Counted from the stretch's first letter, positions 46,344 to 58,082 are shown. The stretch: DNA of 64,000 nt from Alphaproteobacteria bacterium (GCA_965261735.1 OZ253470.1:3872001-3936000); one strand, 5' to 3'. The notes: generated by a model not told the origin, from the letters alone. Program-made: numbers and translations.

Positions 46344-46730
46344 TCACGCGGCCGAGGACATGATGCGGGTGCGGCCCGCGCCGCGTAGCAGGCTGATGCG
46401 ATCGACCGACGCCGGATTGAAATACTTGCGGCAGACGGCAATGGCGGTCTCCTCCGAGAACGCCTTGCACGAGAAGATGTCGAGGTAGATGTCGCCGCTC
46501 GCCTCGGCGAAGTGGGCCGTGATGCTCGAGGTCTCGATGAGCTGCACGAGCGAATAGCCGGCGGCCGCCGGGTTATGCGCCGCGAAGTGGGCGATCATCG
46601 GCTCACCGAAGGCTGTCATGCCGATGGCGCCGACGAGCTCATCGCAGAACGCGCGGATCGTCTCTGCGTCGGCGACGGCTCGGCGGTCCGCCCCACCGAT
46701 GTCGAGAATAAGGTGCTGACCCCACATCAT
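46344..46730 (-). CDS. S-adenosylmethionine decarboxylase family proenzyme (pyruvoyl)
   Basis: WGQHLILD, GYSLVQLIETSSITAH, YLDIFSC. Confidence 0.8.
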   Translation of the reverse strand: MMWGQHLILDIGGADRRAVADAETIRAFCDELVGAIGMTAFGEPMIAHFAAHNPAAAGYSLVQLIETSSITAHFAEASGDIYLDIFSCKAFSEETAIAVCRKYFNPASVDRISLLRGAGRTRIMSSAA

Positions 46731-46844
46731 CGCCTGACCTCTTCGGGCCTCGCAGCCACCAGCCCGTGGGGGACCAGACAATAGTCCGAACGCACCAGCG
46801 TGCAAGCATGAAAACCGGCAGCGACGATCCGGCGCAGGCCCGGG

Positions 46845-47963
<1,119 letters not shown>

Positions 47964-48108
47964 TTACGAGCCGCGGGCCCACCAGACAATGACTATGGAT
48001 TGACGGCGTGCGCCGGATCAGCCGCCCGCGGCGGCATTGCCCGGGGCCGGCGGTGCCCATAAGATCGCCGTTGGCATACGCGCGCGCGGCACAATAAGGG
48101 CGAGCACC

Positions 48109-51100
48109 GTGACGGAGACTGTCTCAAAGTCAGAGAGGGGGGCGCCGGAGGAGGCCCTGCCATCCCCGGCATCCAAAGCTCCAACGGCGCAGCCTCGTGC
48201 CGCCGATCAAACGCTAAGATTCGTGACCGCGGCGAGCCTGTTCGACGGCCACGACGCCTCAATCAACGTCATTCGCCGCGTCCTCCAGGCGTCGGGCATC
48301 GAGGTCATCCATCTCGGCCACAATCGCTCCGTCGACGAGATCGTGACAGCTGCCCTCCAGGAGGATGCCCACGCCATCGCCGTCAGCTCCTATCAGGGTG
48401 GCCACGTCGAGTTCTTCACCTACATGATCGACCTGCTGGCGCGGCGTGGGGTGCCCCACGTCAAGGTGTTCGGTGGCGGTGGCGGCGTCATCGTGCCCGA
48501 CGAAATCAGTCAGCTCGAATCATACGGGGTCGTTCGCATCTACTCGCCCGAGCACGGCCAGCGCATGGGCCTCCAAGGCATTATCGACGACATGATCGAG
48601 CGCACGGGCGGCGATAACGCCGGCCGCGAGCCGATCGACATCGAGCGCCTGCAAGCTGGCGACGAGCGCGAGCTTGCCGGCCTCATCACGGCTCTCGAGA
48701 CCGGCCGGTTCGACGACAAACAGGTGCGGTCGCTGCATCGATTGGCGGGCACATGCACGGGCGTTCCGACGCTCGGCATCACCGGAACCGGTGGCGCCGG
48801 CAAGTCCTCGTTCACCGACGAGCTGCTGCGCCGCTGCCGCATTGACCGGCCCGACCTCCGCGTCGCCGTGTTGGCCATCGATCCCTCGAAGCGCGCGAGT
48901 GGCGGCAGCCTGCTCGGCGATCGTATCCGCATGAACGCGCTAGCGTCCGGGGCCACGTTCATGCGCTCGTTCGCGACCCGCGGGTCGGGGCGCGAGGTCG
49001 CGGCCTGCGTGCCCGACGCGGTCGCCGCGTGCAAGGTGGCGGGCTACCAGCTCATCCTCGTGGAAACCGTCGGGATCGGCCAGGGCGACTCGGCGGTCGA
49101 GCGGCTGGCTGACGCCTCGATCTACGTGATGACCCCCGAGTATGGGGCCGCGAGCCAGCTCGAGAAGATCGACATGATCGACTTCGCCGACCTCATCGCG
49201 ATCAACAAGTTCGATCGCCGCGGCGCGCTCGACGCGCTCAGGGACGTGCGCAAGCAGGTGCAGCGCAGCCGCCGCGCTTTTGACCGGCCGCTCGAGGACA
49301 TGCCGGTCTATGGCACCGTCGCCTCGCACTTCAACGACGACGGCATGACCGCGTTCTATCACGGCCTCCTCGGGGTCCTCGCGGCCAAGGGGTTCGCCGT
49401 GTGGCCGAGCCGCCTCGAGGGCGCGGCGAGCAAATATTCCAGCCACCGAGCCGGCATCGTCCCGGCCGAGCGTGACCGCTACCTGGCCGAGGTCGCGGGA
49501 ACCATCCGCGCCTACCACGCCGTATCCGCCGACCAGGCGAAAATCGCGCGCGAGCGCCAGCAGCTGCGGGCGGCGCGGCGCATGATCGAGGACGCGAACG
49601 CCGGTATCGATAGCGCGGCCCTCGACGGACTCATTGCCGAGCGCGATGCGGCGCTTGACGCGGACTCACGGGCGCTGCTTGAGGCGTGGCCCGAGGTGCG
49701 CGCCACGTATGGCGGCAGCGGGCAGATGGCTGGTTCGGGCGAGATCGGCCCAGCATTGGCGACGGTGAGCCTCTCGGGCACGTCGATCCCCAAGGTGGCG
49801 CTGCCGCGCTACGAGGACGAGGGCGAGCTGCTGCGCTGGCTACGGGCCGAAAACGTGCCGGGCGCGTTCCCGTTCACCGCCGGGGTCTTTACCTTCAAGC
49901 GCGCGAGCGAGGACCCGACCCGCATGTTCGCGGGTGAGGGCGACCCGCTCCGTACCAACCAGCGCTTCAAGCATCTGTCACGCGACATGCCGTCGAAGCG
50001 CCTGTCGACGGCGTTCGACTCGGTGACCCTCTATGGCGCCGATCCCGACGAGCGCCCCGACATCTACGGCAAGGTCGGCAACGCCGGGGTGTCGATCGCG
50101 ACGCTGGACGACATGGAGGTCCTGTACGACGGGTTCGACCTGTGCGACCCGGCGACGTCGGTCTCGATGACGATCAACGGGCCGGCGCCGACGATCCTGG
50201 CCATGTTCCTCAACACCGCGGTCGACCAGCGCGTGGCGGGGTTCACCGCCGAGCACGGGCGCGAGCCGGACGCGGACGAGCACGCAGGGCTGCGCGCGTT
50301 CGCGCTCGAGAACGTGCGCGGCACCGTCCAGGCCGACATCCTCAAGGAGGACCAGGGCCAGAACACCTGCCTGTTCTCGACCGAGTTCAGCCTCAAGATG
50401 ATGGGCGACATCCAGGCCTACTTCATCGACAAGCGAGTGCAGAACTTCTACTCGGTGTCGATTTCCGGCTACCACATCGCCGAAGCCGGCGCCAACCCCA
50501 TCTCCCAGCTCGCCTTCACCCTTGCCGACGGCTTCACCTACGTCGAGGCCTATCTGGCGCGAGGCATGGCGATCGACGACTTCGCGCCGAGCCTCTCGTT
50601 CTTCTTCTCGGCGGGGCTCGACCCTGAGTACACGGTGCTCGGACGCGTCGCGCGGCGCATCTGGGCGATCGCGATGCGCGACAAGTACGGCGCCGCCGAG
50701 CGCGGCCAGAAGCTCAAATATCATATGCAGACCTCGGGCCGTTCCCTGCACGCCCAGGAGTTCGACTTCAACGACATTCGCACGACGCTTCAGGCGCTGA
50801 TCGCGTCCTACGACAATTGCAACAGCCTCCACACCAATGCCTACGACGAGGCGATTACCACGCCGACGGAGGCCTCGGTGCGGCGCGCCATGGCGATCCA
50901 GCTCATCATCAACAAAGAGTGGGGGCTGGCGAAGAACGAGAATCCCAACCAGGGGTCGTTCATCATGGACGAGCTCACCGACCTGGTCGAGGAGGCGGTG
51001 CTCGAGGAGTTCGAGCGCCTAAGCGAGCGCGGCGGGGTCCTCGGCGCCATGGAGGCGGGCTACCAGCGCGGCAAGATCCAGGACGAATCGCTCCACTACG

Positions 51101-51414
51101 AGACGCTCAAGCACGACGGCCGGCTGCCGGTCGTCGGCGTCAACACCTTCCGCAACCCGGCGCCAGCCGAGGCCGCCCCCGTCGAGCTCCAGCGCTCGAC
51201 GGGGGAAGAGAAGAAGAGCCAGATCGCGCGCCTGCGCGACTTCCAGGGCCGCCACGAAGGCGAGGCCCCGGCCATGCTCGAACGCCTCAAGGAAGCGGCC
51301 GCACACGGCGAGAACGCGTTCGCCGTGCTGATGGAGGCGGTGCGCTCCTGCTCCCTCGGCCAGATCACCGACGCCCTCTTCGAGGTCGGCGGCCAGTACC
51401 GGCGGAATATGTGA
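48109..51414 (+). CDS. icmF: Fused isobutyryl-CoA mutase / MeaB-type GTPase
   Basis: DGHDAS B12-binding motif, TGTGGAGKSS, NKFD, EDPTRMFAGEG, QTSGRSL, GGQYRRNM. Confidence 0.93.
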   Translation: MTETVSKSERGAPEEALPSPASKAPTAQPRAADQTLRFVTAASLFDGHDASINVIRRVLQASGIEVIHLGHNRSVDEIVTAALQEDAHAIAVSSYQGGHVEFFTYMIDLLARRGVPHVKVFGGGGGVIVPDEISQLESYGVVRIYSPEHGQRMGLQGIIDDMIERTGGDNAGREPIDIERLQAGDERELAGLITALETGRFDDKQVRSLHRLAGTCTGVPTLGITGTGGAGKSSFTDELLRRCRIDRPDLRVAVLAIDPSKRASGGSLLGDRIRMNALASGATFMRSFATRGSGREVAACVPDAVAACKVAGYQLILVETVGIGQGDSAVERLADASIYVMTPEYGAASQLEKIDMIDFADLIAINKFDRRGALDALRDVRKQVQRSRRAFDRPLEDMPVYGTVASHFNDDGMTAFYHGLLGVLAAKGFAVWPSRLEGAASKYSSHRAGIVPAERDRYLAEVAGTIRAYHAVSADQAKIARERQQLRAARRMIEDANAGIDSAALDGLIAERDAALDADSRALLEAWPEVRATYGGSGQMAGSGEIGPALATVSLSGTSIPKVALPRYEDEGELLRWLRAENVPGAFPFTAGVFTFKRASEDPTRMFAGEGDPLRTNQRFKHLSRDMPSKRLSTAFDSVTLYGADPDERPDIYGKVGNAGVSIATLDDMEVLYDGFDLCDPATSVSMTINGPAPTILAMFLNTAVDQRVAGFTAEHGREPDADEHAGLRAFALENVRGTVQADILKEDQGQNTCLFSTEFSLKMMGDIQAYFIDKRVQNFYSVSISGYHIAEAGANPISQLAFTLADGFTYVEAYLARGMAIDDFAPSLSFFFSAGLDPEYTVLGRVARRIWAIAMRDKYGAAERGQKLKYHMQTSGRSLHAQEFDFNDIRTTLQALIASYDNCNSLHTNAYDEAITTPTEASVRRAMAIQLIINKEWGLAKNENPNQGSFIMDELTDLVEEAVLEEFERLSERGGVLGAMEAGYQRGKIQDESLHYETLKHDGRLPVVGVNTFRNPAPAEAAPVELQRSTGEEKKSQIARLRDFQGRHEGEAPAMLERLKEAAAHGENAFAVLMEAVRSCSLGQITDALFEVGGQYRRNM

Positions 51415-51507
51415 AGATTGCGTGCGACGATCAGGATTATCTCGTTCCGGAGAGCAACGCGTGAAGAAAGATAAAAATATCAAGACCTACTCGGGAAAGG
51501 AGCCTGA
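51415..51507 (+). pseudogene. C-terminal remnant of a BrnT-family toxin
   Basis: IRIISFRRATREER*KY matches the BrnT C-terminal RIIS.R.A...E...Y motif; no N-terminus. Confidence 0.7.
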
Positions 51508-51793
51508 GGCGGTGCGCGCCCATGAAGGCGGCCGCAAGGATTGGAACAAGGTTGACACCATGTCCGAGGCAGAACTGAAGCGGCTGATCGCCGAGGACGA
51601 AGGTGAGCGTGGCCTCAGGCCTGATTGGACGAGAGCAAGGATCGTCCTGCCTGAGCCCAAGCGGTCTGTCCACCTCCGCCTCGAGCGGGATATCATCGAA
51701 TTCTTCAAGGCGCGGGGCAAAGGACACATCACCCGCATGCAAGCGGTCCTACGCGCGTACGTGGACGCGCACAAGGACGAACACCACCCGTAA
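51461..51793 (+). CDS. BrnA-family antitoxin
   Basis: PKRSVHLRLERDIIEFFKARGKGHITRMQAVLRAYV. Confidence 0.88.
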   Translation: MKKDKNIKTYSGKEPEAVRAHEGGRKDWNKVDTMSEAELKRLIAEDEGERGLRPDWTRARIVLPEPKRSVHLRLERDIIEFFKARGKGHITRMQAVLRAYVDAHKDEHHP

Positions 51794-51879
51794 GCCCGAC
51801 CCATTGCGGCCACGGTCGAAAACGCGTGGCGGTGCTGAGGGAAGCCTGCGCCGCTGCCCTTGGAGCCAGATCGGATTAG

Positions 51880-52182
51880 TCACGCGGCCCTGGCGGAACG
51901 CGGCTTGACGGCTGCCGTGATCTCCTTTCCGGACCGCCGCTCGGCGACCTTGAGGTCGTGGCTCTGCTGAAGATTGAGCCAAAACCGGGGTGAGGTGCCG
52001 AAATAGCGTGCGAGCCTGAGCGCGGTGTCCGCGGTGATACCGCGGGTGCCGCGCAAGATCGCCGTGACCCTGTTCGTCGGCACGCCGAGAGCCTTTGCGA
52101 AGGCATTGGCCGACATCTCAAGCTCCTTGATCTCTTCTTTGAGTATCTCGCCGGGGTGTACTGGACGCATTGTGTTGGGCAT
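51880..52182 (-). CDS. higA: HigA-family antitoxin
   Basis: PVHPGEIL, RGITADTALRLARYFGTS..FWLNLQ. Confidence 0.93.
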   Translation of the reverse strand: MPNTMRPVHPGEILKEEIKELEMSANAFAKALGVPTNRVTAILRGTRGITADTALRLARYFGTSPRFWLNLQQSHDLKVAERRSGKEITAAVKPRSARAA

Positions 52183-52191
52183 GGCCGGTCC

Positions 52192-52470
52192 TCAATGGTA
52201 ATCGGTGATTTCGACGTTGTGGACGTCTTCGTCGATCCATTCAAATCAGATACGCCACTGACGGTTGATACGGATGCTGTACTGTCCCTTCCGGTCGCCG
52301 TGCAGGGCCTCGAAGTGATTCGAAGGGAGCCGCATGAGGTCGTTCAGCGAGGTAGCGACATCGAGGACCTGGAGCCGCCGGATTGCCTGCTGCTGAAAAA
52401 GCTGGAATTCCTTCACACGTTGCCCGCCATAAAGCGCCTCGGTTCGCTTGCTGCGGAACGATCTAATCAC
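52192..52470 (-). pseudogene. higB: HigB (RelE-type killer) toxin with premature TGA at 52246-52248
   Basis: GDRKGQYSIRINRQWRI*FEW....NVEITDYH; TGA replaces the usual Cys and removes the C-terminal DYH. Confidence 0.9.
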
Positions 52471-52489
52471 GCACCAGCCTACCACTGTT

Positions 52490-52512
52490 ATCTTATACGT
52501 AAAGCGTAAACA
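52490..52512 (-). promoter_or_regulatory. Probable higBA promoter/operator palindrome
   Basis: TACG-TAAAG-CGTA inverted repeat overlapping a TATAAG -10-like hexamer ~25 bp upstream of higB. Confidence 0.5.
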
Positions 52513-52532
52513 CCCGAAATGACGGTGATCGT

Positions 52533-53321
52533 CTAAGCTGCGGTGAAGCTCACCTCGACCACCCCCAGCGGGCCGAAGTCGGCGGTGACGGTGTCGCCGG
52601 GCTCGGCTGTTGCGACGACGTGGCAGCTGCCGGTGGTGACGTAATCGCCGGCGCTCAAGCGCTCGCCGCGGCGGGCGAGATCGTTGGCGAGCCAGGTGAG
52701 CGAGAGGACGGGATCGCCGAGCACGTTGGCGCCCTTACCCGTGGCCGCGATGGTGCCGCCGATACGCGTCACGACCTCGGCCTCGACGATGTCGAGGTCG
52801 CGCCACTCGGCGATCAGGCTGCCGGCGACCCAGTAGGCGCCGAACGTATTGTCGACGGTCATGAGTAGCGCGCCGATGCCGGTCGCGTTGGCGAAGCGCC
52901 AGTCGACGACCTCGATCGCCGGCACCAGCGTGGCGACCGCGTCCGTGACCTGCTCGCGGCTGTACGGCGCGCCGGCCGGCGGCAGGTCCTGGGCCATGCG
53001 GAAGGCGTATTCGGTCTCGATGCCGATGCGGAAGAGGGCGCAGGGGTTGATCGTCGCCGGGCTCGTGAACACGCGGCCCTCGATGAGGCGCCCCGAGAGG
53101 GGCTCGGTGATGTCGAAGCGCTTCTGGATGGCGGCGTTGGAGGCGGCGACCTTGTAGCCGACCGGAGCGCCGCCGAGGCCGGCCACGAACCGCGCCTGGA
53201 TAGCGTAGGCCTCGGCCAAAGTCCGCGGCCGGCAGGCCTCGGGCAGGTCCTGAAGCTGCTTGCGCTCGCGCTGCGCTGCCAGCATCAGCGCCGCCGCCTG
53301 CTCGATCGCGTCATCGTCCAT
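52533..53321 (-). CDS. 2-keto-4-pentenoate hydratase-like protein (FAA hydrolase family)
   Basis: AYAIQ, GYKV, IETEYAF, PAIEVVD.R, DN, LGDP..WLAN, TTGS. Confidence 0.88.
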   Translation of the reverse strand: MDDDAIEQAAALMLAAQRERKQLQDLPEACRPRTLAEAYAIQARFVAGLGGAPVGYKVAASNAAIQKRFDITEPLSGRLIEGRVFTSPATINPCALFRIGIETEYAFRMAQDLPPAGAPYSREQVTDAVATLVPAIEVVDWRFANATGIGALLMTVDNTFGAYWVAGSLIAEWRDLDIVEAEVVTRIGGTIAATGKGANVLGDPVLSLTWLANDLARRGERLSAGDYVTTGSCHVVATAEPGDTVTADFGPLGVVEVSFTAA

Positions 53322-53440
53322 TCGGCTTCCCCACGTAACTAGCTATTTCTTAAGAATTTTAGGGAAATATAGCCTAAGCCCGAACGAGCGACACGGCTCG
53401 ATTCGGGCGGCCACCCGGTGGCGTCAATCGCAGTGGACCC

Positions 53441-53986
53441 ATGGCTAGACAATCCCCTCAGGAGCTTTCGCCCGCCGACGCGGCGGAACTCGCGCGCCCC
53501 AGCCCAGCCGGCGCCAAGGCAAGCTATCTCGAGGCGCTGCTCCTCATCGAGCGCCTGCACCGCCGCTTCCTCGACGTGATCAAGCTCGAGCTCGAGCGGG
53601 TCGGGGTCAAGGACGTCAACAACGTCCAGGCGCTCATCCTCTACAACATCGGCGACGGCGAGATGACCGTGGGCGAACTCACGAGCCGCGGTTATTACCT
53701 CGGCTCGAACGTGTCCTACAACCTCAAGAAGCTGGTCGAGAACGGCTATCTGGTGCAGGAGCGCTCGTCCTTCGACCGACGCTCGGTCCGGGTCCGCTTG
53801 TCAACCAAGGGGCTCGGGCTCTATGGCCAGATCGACGACCTTTACGAGCGCCACGTCGCCGCCATCGACGCCTTCGAAGCCCGCGGCGACAACGGCATCG
53901 CGGCCGCCGAACTCGCCGCCCTCATCGAGGCGCTCCACAACCTCGAGCGCTTCTGGACCGATCAGGTCCGCTTCAACAACCGTTGA
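53441..53986 (+). CDS. MarR-family winged-helix regulator, LdtR-like
   Basis: ERLHRRFLDVIK, VQALILYNIG, RGYYLGSNVSYNLKKL, DRRSVRVRL. Confidence 0.88.
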   Translation: MARQSPQELSPADAAELARPSPAGAKASYLEALLLIERLHRRFLDVIKLELERVGVKDVNNVQALILYNIGDGEMTVGELTSRGYYLGSNVSYNLKKLVENGYLVQERSSFDRRSVRVRLSTKGLGLYGQIDDLYERHVAAIDAFEARGDNGIAAAELAALIEALHNLERFWTDQVRFNNR

Positions 53987-53995
53987 GGCGCGGCG

Positions 53996-55219
53996 TCAGC
54001 CGCCGAAGGCGGCGATGCCGGTTTGCGCGCGCCCGAGAATCAGCGCGTGTACGTCGTGAGTGCCCTCATAGGTATTGACTGTCTCCAGGTTCAGGAGATG
54101 GCGAATCACGTGGTATTCGTCGACGATACCGTTGGCGCCGAGCATATCGCGCGCGGCGCGCGCGATGTCCAGCGCCTTGCCCGCCGAGTTGCGCTTGATG
54201 AGCGAGATCATCTCGTGGGTCATGCGGCCTTCGTCCATGAGGCGGCCGACTTGCAGGCACGCCTGCAGGCCGATGGCGATCTCGGTCTGCATGTCGGCGA
54301 GCTTCTTCTGGACCAGCTGATTGGCGGCGAGCGGGCGCCCGAACTGGACGCGCTCGAGGGTGTATTGGCGCGCCGTCTGCCAACAGAACTCGGCCGCGCC
54401 GAGTGCGCCCCAGGCGATGCTGAAGCGGGCCCGGTTGAGGCAGCTGAACGGCGCCTTGAGCCCCGTGGCCTGAGGCAGCTCGTTCTCCGCCGGCACGAAC
54501 ACGTCCTCCATGGCGACCATGCCGGTGATCGAGGCGCGCAGGCTGAACTTGCCCTCGATGACCGCCGTCGACAGGCCCTTCATCCCTTTCTCGAGGATGT
54601 AGCCGCGCACCACGCCGGCCTCGTTCTTGGCCCAAATGATAAAGACGTCGGCCACCGGAGCGTTCGAGATCCAGCTCTTGGTGCCGTTGAGGACGAAGCC
54701 GCCGTCGACGGCTCGGGCGCGGCTCTTCATGCCGCCGGGATCGGAGCCGAAATCGGGCTCGGTAAGGCCGAAGCAGCCGAGAATCTCGCCCTTCGCCATG
54801 CCGGGCAGGTACTTTTCGCGTTGCGCCTCCGAGCCGAAATCGTGAATCGAGGGCATGACCAGCGAGGACAGCACGCTGAGCGTCGAGCGGTAGGCGCTGT
54901 CGATACGCTCGAACTCGCGGGCGATCAGGCCATAGCTCACATAGCCGACGCCGGCGCAGCCGTACCCCTTGAGGGTGGCGCCGAGCATGCCGAGTTCACC
55001 CATCTCGCTGATGACCTCGCGCTCGAAGGTCTCGTGACGAAACGCCGCTACGATGCGCGGCATCAGTTTTTCCTGGCAGTAGGCACGCGCGGCATCGCGC
55101 ACGAGTCGCTCTTCCTCGCTCAGCTGACCCTCGAGGAGGAGCGGATCCTCCCACACGAACGCCGCTCGCCGATCCGCGTGACCGGCTCCGGGCTTCTTCG
55201 TGGCCGCGGGTGACCTCAT
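53996..55219 (-). CDS. gcdH: Glutaryl-CoA dehydrogenase
   Basis: [45 protein letters not shown]. Confidence 0.92.
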   Translation of the reverse strand: MRSPAATKKPGAGHADRRAAFVWEDPLLLEGQLSEEERLVRDAARAYCQEKLMPRIVAAFRHETFEREVISEMGELGMLGATLKGYGCAGVGYVSYGLIAREFERIDSAYRSTLSVLSSLVMPSIHDFGSEAQREKYLPGMAKGEILGCFGLTEPDFGSDPGGMKSRARAVDGGFVLNGTKSWISNAPVADVFIIWAKNEAGVVRGYILEKGMKGLSTAVIEGKFSLRASITGMVAMEDVFVPAENELPQATGLKAPFSCLNRARFSIAWGALGAAEFCWQTARQYTLERVQFGRPLAANQLVQKKLADMQTEIAIGLQACLQVGRLMDEGRMTHEMISLIKRNSAGKALDIARAARDMLGANGIVDEYHVIRHLLNLETVNTYEGTHDVHALILGRAQTGIAAFGG

Positions 55220-55224
55220 GGCCT

Positions 55225-55632
55225 CTAGCGTGCGGCGCTTTCGGGCGACACCACCGCGGTCGCTTCGACCTCGACCAGGGCTCGATCCTCGAGCAGAGCG
55301 GAGACCTCGAGCAGCGTCATCGCCGGGTAGTGATCGCCAATAACCTCGCGATAGATCTTGCCGAGCGCCAATCGGGAAGCCGCGTAGCGCCGCTTGTCGG
55401 TGACGTACCAGGTCAGGCGCACGAGATGGCGCGGCTCGGCTCCGGCTTCGGCGAGCACCGCGACGATGTTGACCAGGGCCTGATGGGCCTGTGACGCGAA
55501 TTCGTCGCTCTCGAACTCGCCCTTGGCGTTCCAGCCCGTTTGGCCGGCAACGAAGATCAACCGGCCCTCGGCGGCGACGCCGTTGGAGTAGCCCTTGGGT
55601 GGCGCCCAGCCCGCGGGATTGAGGATGTCCAT
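55225..55632 (-). CDS. RidA/YjgF family protein
   Basis: [25 protein letters not shown]. Confidence 0.9.
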   Translation of the reverse strand: MDILNPAGWAPPKGYSNGVAAEGRLIFVAGQTGWNAKGEFESDEFASQAHQALVNIVAVLAEAGAEPRHLVRLTWYVTDKRRYAASRLALGKIYREVIGDHYPAMTLLEVSALLEDRALVEVEATAVVSPESAAR

Positions 55633-55852
55633 GGCTTGTCGATTCCGGAGCGGCGACAAAAAGCTTTTAACGGTATGTGCCATAGGCTGCAACCTGCGGC
55701 CGGGAACCGCACGTCATTGCGCACGTGGCGCCCAGCCCGCGGGATTGAGGATGTCCATGGCTTGTCGATTCCGGAGCGGCGACAAAAAGCTTTTAACGGT
55801 ATGTGCCATAGGCTGCAACCTGCGGCCGGGAACCGCACGTCATTGCGCACGT
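55599..55852. repeat. Exact 126-bp tandem duplication
   Basis: 55599-55724 equals 55725-55850; GT microhomology at the junctions. Confidence 0.95.
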
Positions 55853-55883
55853 CTTTAGTGACAGGCGGGCGGACCGCGGCTCC

Positions 55884-55914
55884 TTGACACATTGAGCGAC
55901 TTTCTCGATAAACT
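55884..55914 (+). promoter_or_regulatory. Putative sigma70 promoter of hemA
   Basis: TTGACA at 55884-9 and GATAAACT at 55907-14. Confidence 0.45.
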
Positions 55915-55935
55915 TTACCCTCCGGGGATATCTCC

Positions 55936-57150
55936 ATGAATTACGACGCTTTCTTTGCCGAAAAGATCGCCGACCTCAGGGCGGAAGGGCGCTACCGCGT
56001 CTTCGCCGATCTCGAGCGCCACGTCGGCGCCTTTCCGGTGGCGACCTCGCGCCGCGACGGCCGCGAGGACGAAATCGTGGTGTGGTGCAGCAACGACTAT
56101 CTCGGTATGGGCCAGCACCCGCAGGTCCGTGCCGCCATGCAGCAGGCGCTGGAAACAGTGGGCGCCGGCTCAGGCGGCACGCGCAACATTTCCGGCACGA
56201 CCCACTACCACGTGCTGCTCGAGCAGGAGCTGGCGGAGTGGCACGGCAAGGAAGCGGCGTTGCTGTTCACGTCCGGCTACATTTCGAATGAGGCCTCGCT
56301 CGGCACGCTGGCCGCTCTGCTGCCCGGATGTATCATCTTTTCGGACGCGCTCAACCACGCCTCGATGATTGCCGGCATGCGTTCGAGCCGCGCCGCCAAG
56401 AAGATCTTCCGCCATAACGATGTCGGTCACCTCGAGGAGCTGTTGCGCGAGAGCGACCCAGACGTGCCCAAGATCATCGCCTTCGAGTCGGTGTACTCGA
56501 TGGACGGCGACATCGCGCCGATCGCCGAGATTTGCGATCTTGCAGACCGCTACGGCGCCCTGACCTACCTCGACGAGGTGCACGCGGTCGGCCTCTATGG
56601 CACGCGCGGCGGCGGCATCGCCGAGCGCGATGGCCTCGCCGACCGACTGACCGTGATCGAGGGGACACTCGGCAAGGCGGTCGGCGTGATGGGCGGCTAT
56701 ATCGCCGCCTCGTCGGTCATTGTCGACGTCATCCGCAGCTACGCCTCCTCCTTCATCTTCACCACGTCGCTGTCGCCGGTGGTGGTGGCCGGGGCGCTCG
56801 CCAGTATTCGCCACCTCAAGGCGAACAACGCGCTGCGTATCCGCCATCAGGAGCGGGCGGCGACTCTGAAGCGCGTGCTGCACCGGGCCAGCCTACCCTT
56901 GATGCCCTCGACGACGCATATCGTGCCTTTGCTGGTGGGTAACGCGCCCTGCTGTAAGCGTGCCTCGGACATGCTGCTCGATGCCTACGGCATCTACGTG
57001 CAGCCGATCAACTATCCGACCGTGCCGCGCGGCACGGAGCGCCTGCGCTTTACGCCGAGCCCCCTGCACGACGACGAGATGATGCGCGCCCTGGTGGCGG
57101 CCCTGAAAGAGGTGTGGTCGGCGCACGACATTCAGTTCGCGGCCGCGTAA
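55936..57150 (+). CDS. hemA: 5-aminolevulinate synthase
   Basis: [53 protein letters not shown]. Confidence 0.97.
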   Translation: MNYDAFFAEKIADLRAEGRYRVFADLERHVGAFPVATSRRDGREDEIVVWCSNDYLGMGQHPQVRAAMQQALETVGAGSGGTRNISGTTHYHVLLEQELAEWHGKEAALLFTSGYISNEASLGTLAALLPGCIIFSDALNHASMIAGMRSSRAAKKIFRHNDVGHLEELLRESDPDVPKIIAFESVYSMDGDIAPIAEICDLADRYGALTYLDEVHAVGLYGTRGGGIAERDGLADRLTVIEGTLGKAVGVMGGYIAASSVIVDVIRSYASSFIFTTSLSPVVVAGALASIRHLKANNALRIRHQERAATLKRVLHRASLPLMPSTTHIVPLLVGNAPCCKRASDMLLDAYGIYVQPINYPTVPRGTERLRFTPSPLHDDEMMRALVAALKEVWSAHDIQFAAA

Positions 57151-57251
57151 GCCCGCCCGCCCGCCCGCGGGCGTCCAACGCGCCGTGCGCCGCTTGCCGG
57201 AGGGCATGAGCGACCGGGGCGGTGCCCCGCGCGCGCGTTGGGGGCGGCGCA

Positions 57252-57455
57252 ATGACCGACGGCGAGGCCGAACCGGGGGAATACCTGATCGAGTTTCACC
57301 GCATCGGCGTGTCCGTGAAGGTGTCGGCCATCGACCCGGTGACCAACACCGAGGTCTCGATCGTCGGCCCGGCCACCGCCGGGCGCGAGGAACTAAGCCG
57401 CGTCGCCGTGCAAAAGCTGAAATACGTCATGGCCAAGCGGGCGGCCGCGAAATAG
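57252..57455 (+). CDS. Small conserved alphaproteobacterial hypothetical protein (DUF6898-like)
   Basis: EYLIEF..IG..VKVSAIDP.T..EVSIVGP..AVQKL. Confidence 0.7.
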   Translation: MTDGEAEPGEYLIEFHRIGVSVKVSAIDPVTNTEVSIVGPATAGREELSRVAVQKLKYVMAKRAAAK

Positions 57456-57611
57456 CTCCGACGTATCCTCACGACCTCAGGGTAAAGGGCGCGCCAACCC
57501 GACCCGGCGACGGACGATAGGTTGTGGGGGCGCTGGCATGGCGCCCCTCCATGTGGTATGACACCCGGGCCAAACAGGCAAAAAACCCACTATCGGCCTG
57601 CCGAAAGAGCC

Positions 57612-58082
57612 ATGGGCGAAGCCGAAACCATCGCGATCGCGGCCGATCACGCCGGGCACGCGCTCAAAGAAGTTCTGCGCGAAGAGCTGCTGAATATGGG
57701 CTACCAGATACTAGATCTTGGCACCAATGGGCCCAAGGCCGTCGACTACCCTGATTATGGCAACGCCGTCGCGGCCGCGCTCGGGTCGAAGAGAGCGGGC
57801 CGCGGCATCGTGATCTGCGGTACCGGCATCGGGGTCGGCATGGCCGCGAACCGGCACCGCCATATCCGCGCCGTCGTTTGCCATGACGTGACCACGGCGC
57901 GCCTCGGCCGCCTCCACAACGATGCCAACGTTCTTGCGCTGGGTGCCCGCGTGATCGGCGAGGAGGTCGCCAAGGACTGCCTGCGCGCGTTCCTGTCCAC
58001 GGGCTATGAGGGCGGACGGCACGACCGCCGCATCGCCAAGTTGTCGCAGCCGGTTGAAGGCGTCGCCGATGTCGCTGTCTGA
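57612..58082 (+). CDS. rpiB: Ribose-5-phosphate isomerase B
   Basis: AADHAG, DYPD, CGTGIG, HNDANVL, EGGRH..R. Confidence 0.95.
   Translation: MGEAETIAIAADHAGHALKEVLREELLNMGYQILDLGTNGPKAVDYPDYGNAVAAALGSKRAGRGIVICGTGIGVGMAANRHRHIRAVVCHDVTTARLGRLHNDANVLALGARVIGEEVAKDCLRAFLSTGYEGGRHDRRIAKLSQPVEGVADVAV

Noticed and set aside
46731-46844. Known SAM riboswitch upstream of the AdoMetDC-like gene
   Set aside because: No SAM-I, SAM-II or SAM-SAH consensus recognised; only a short hairpin
52206-52248. TGA at a Cys position in higB with a downstream TCGACG/CGTCGA hairpin as selenocysteine recoding
   Set aside because: The hairpin does not resemble a bacterial SECIS loop, the Cys is not a redox site, and TGC-to-TGA fits the toxin-loss pattern
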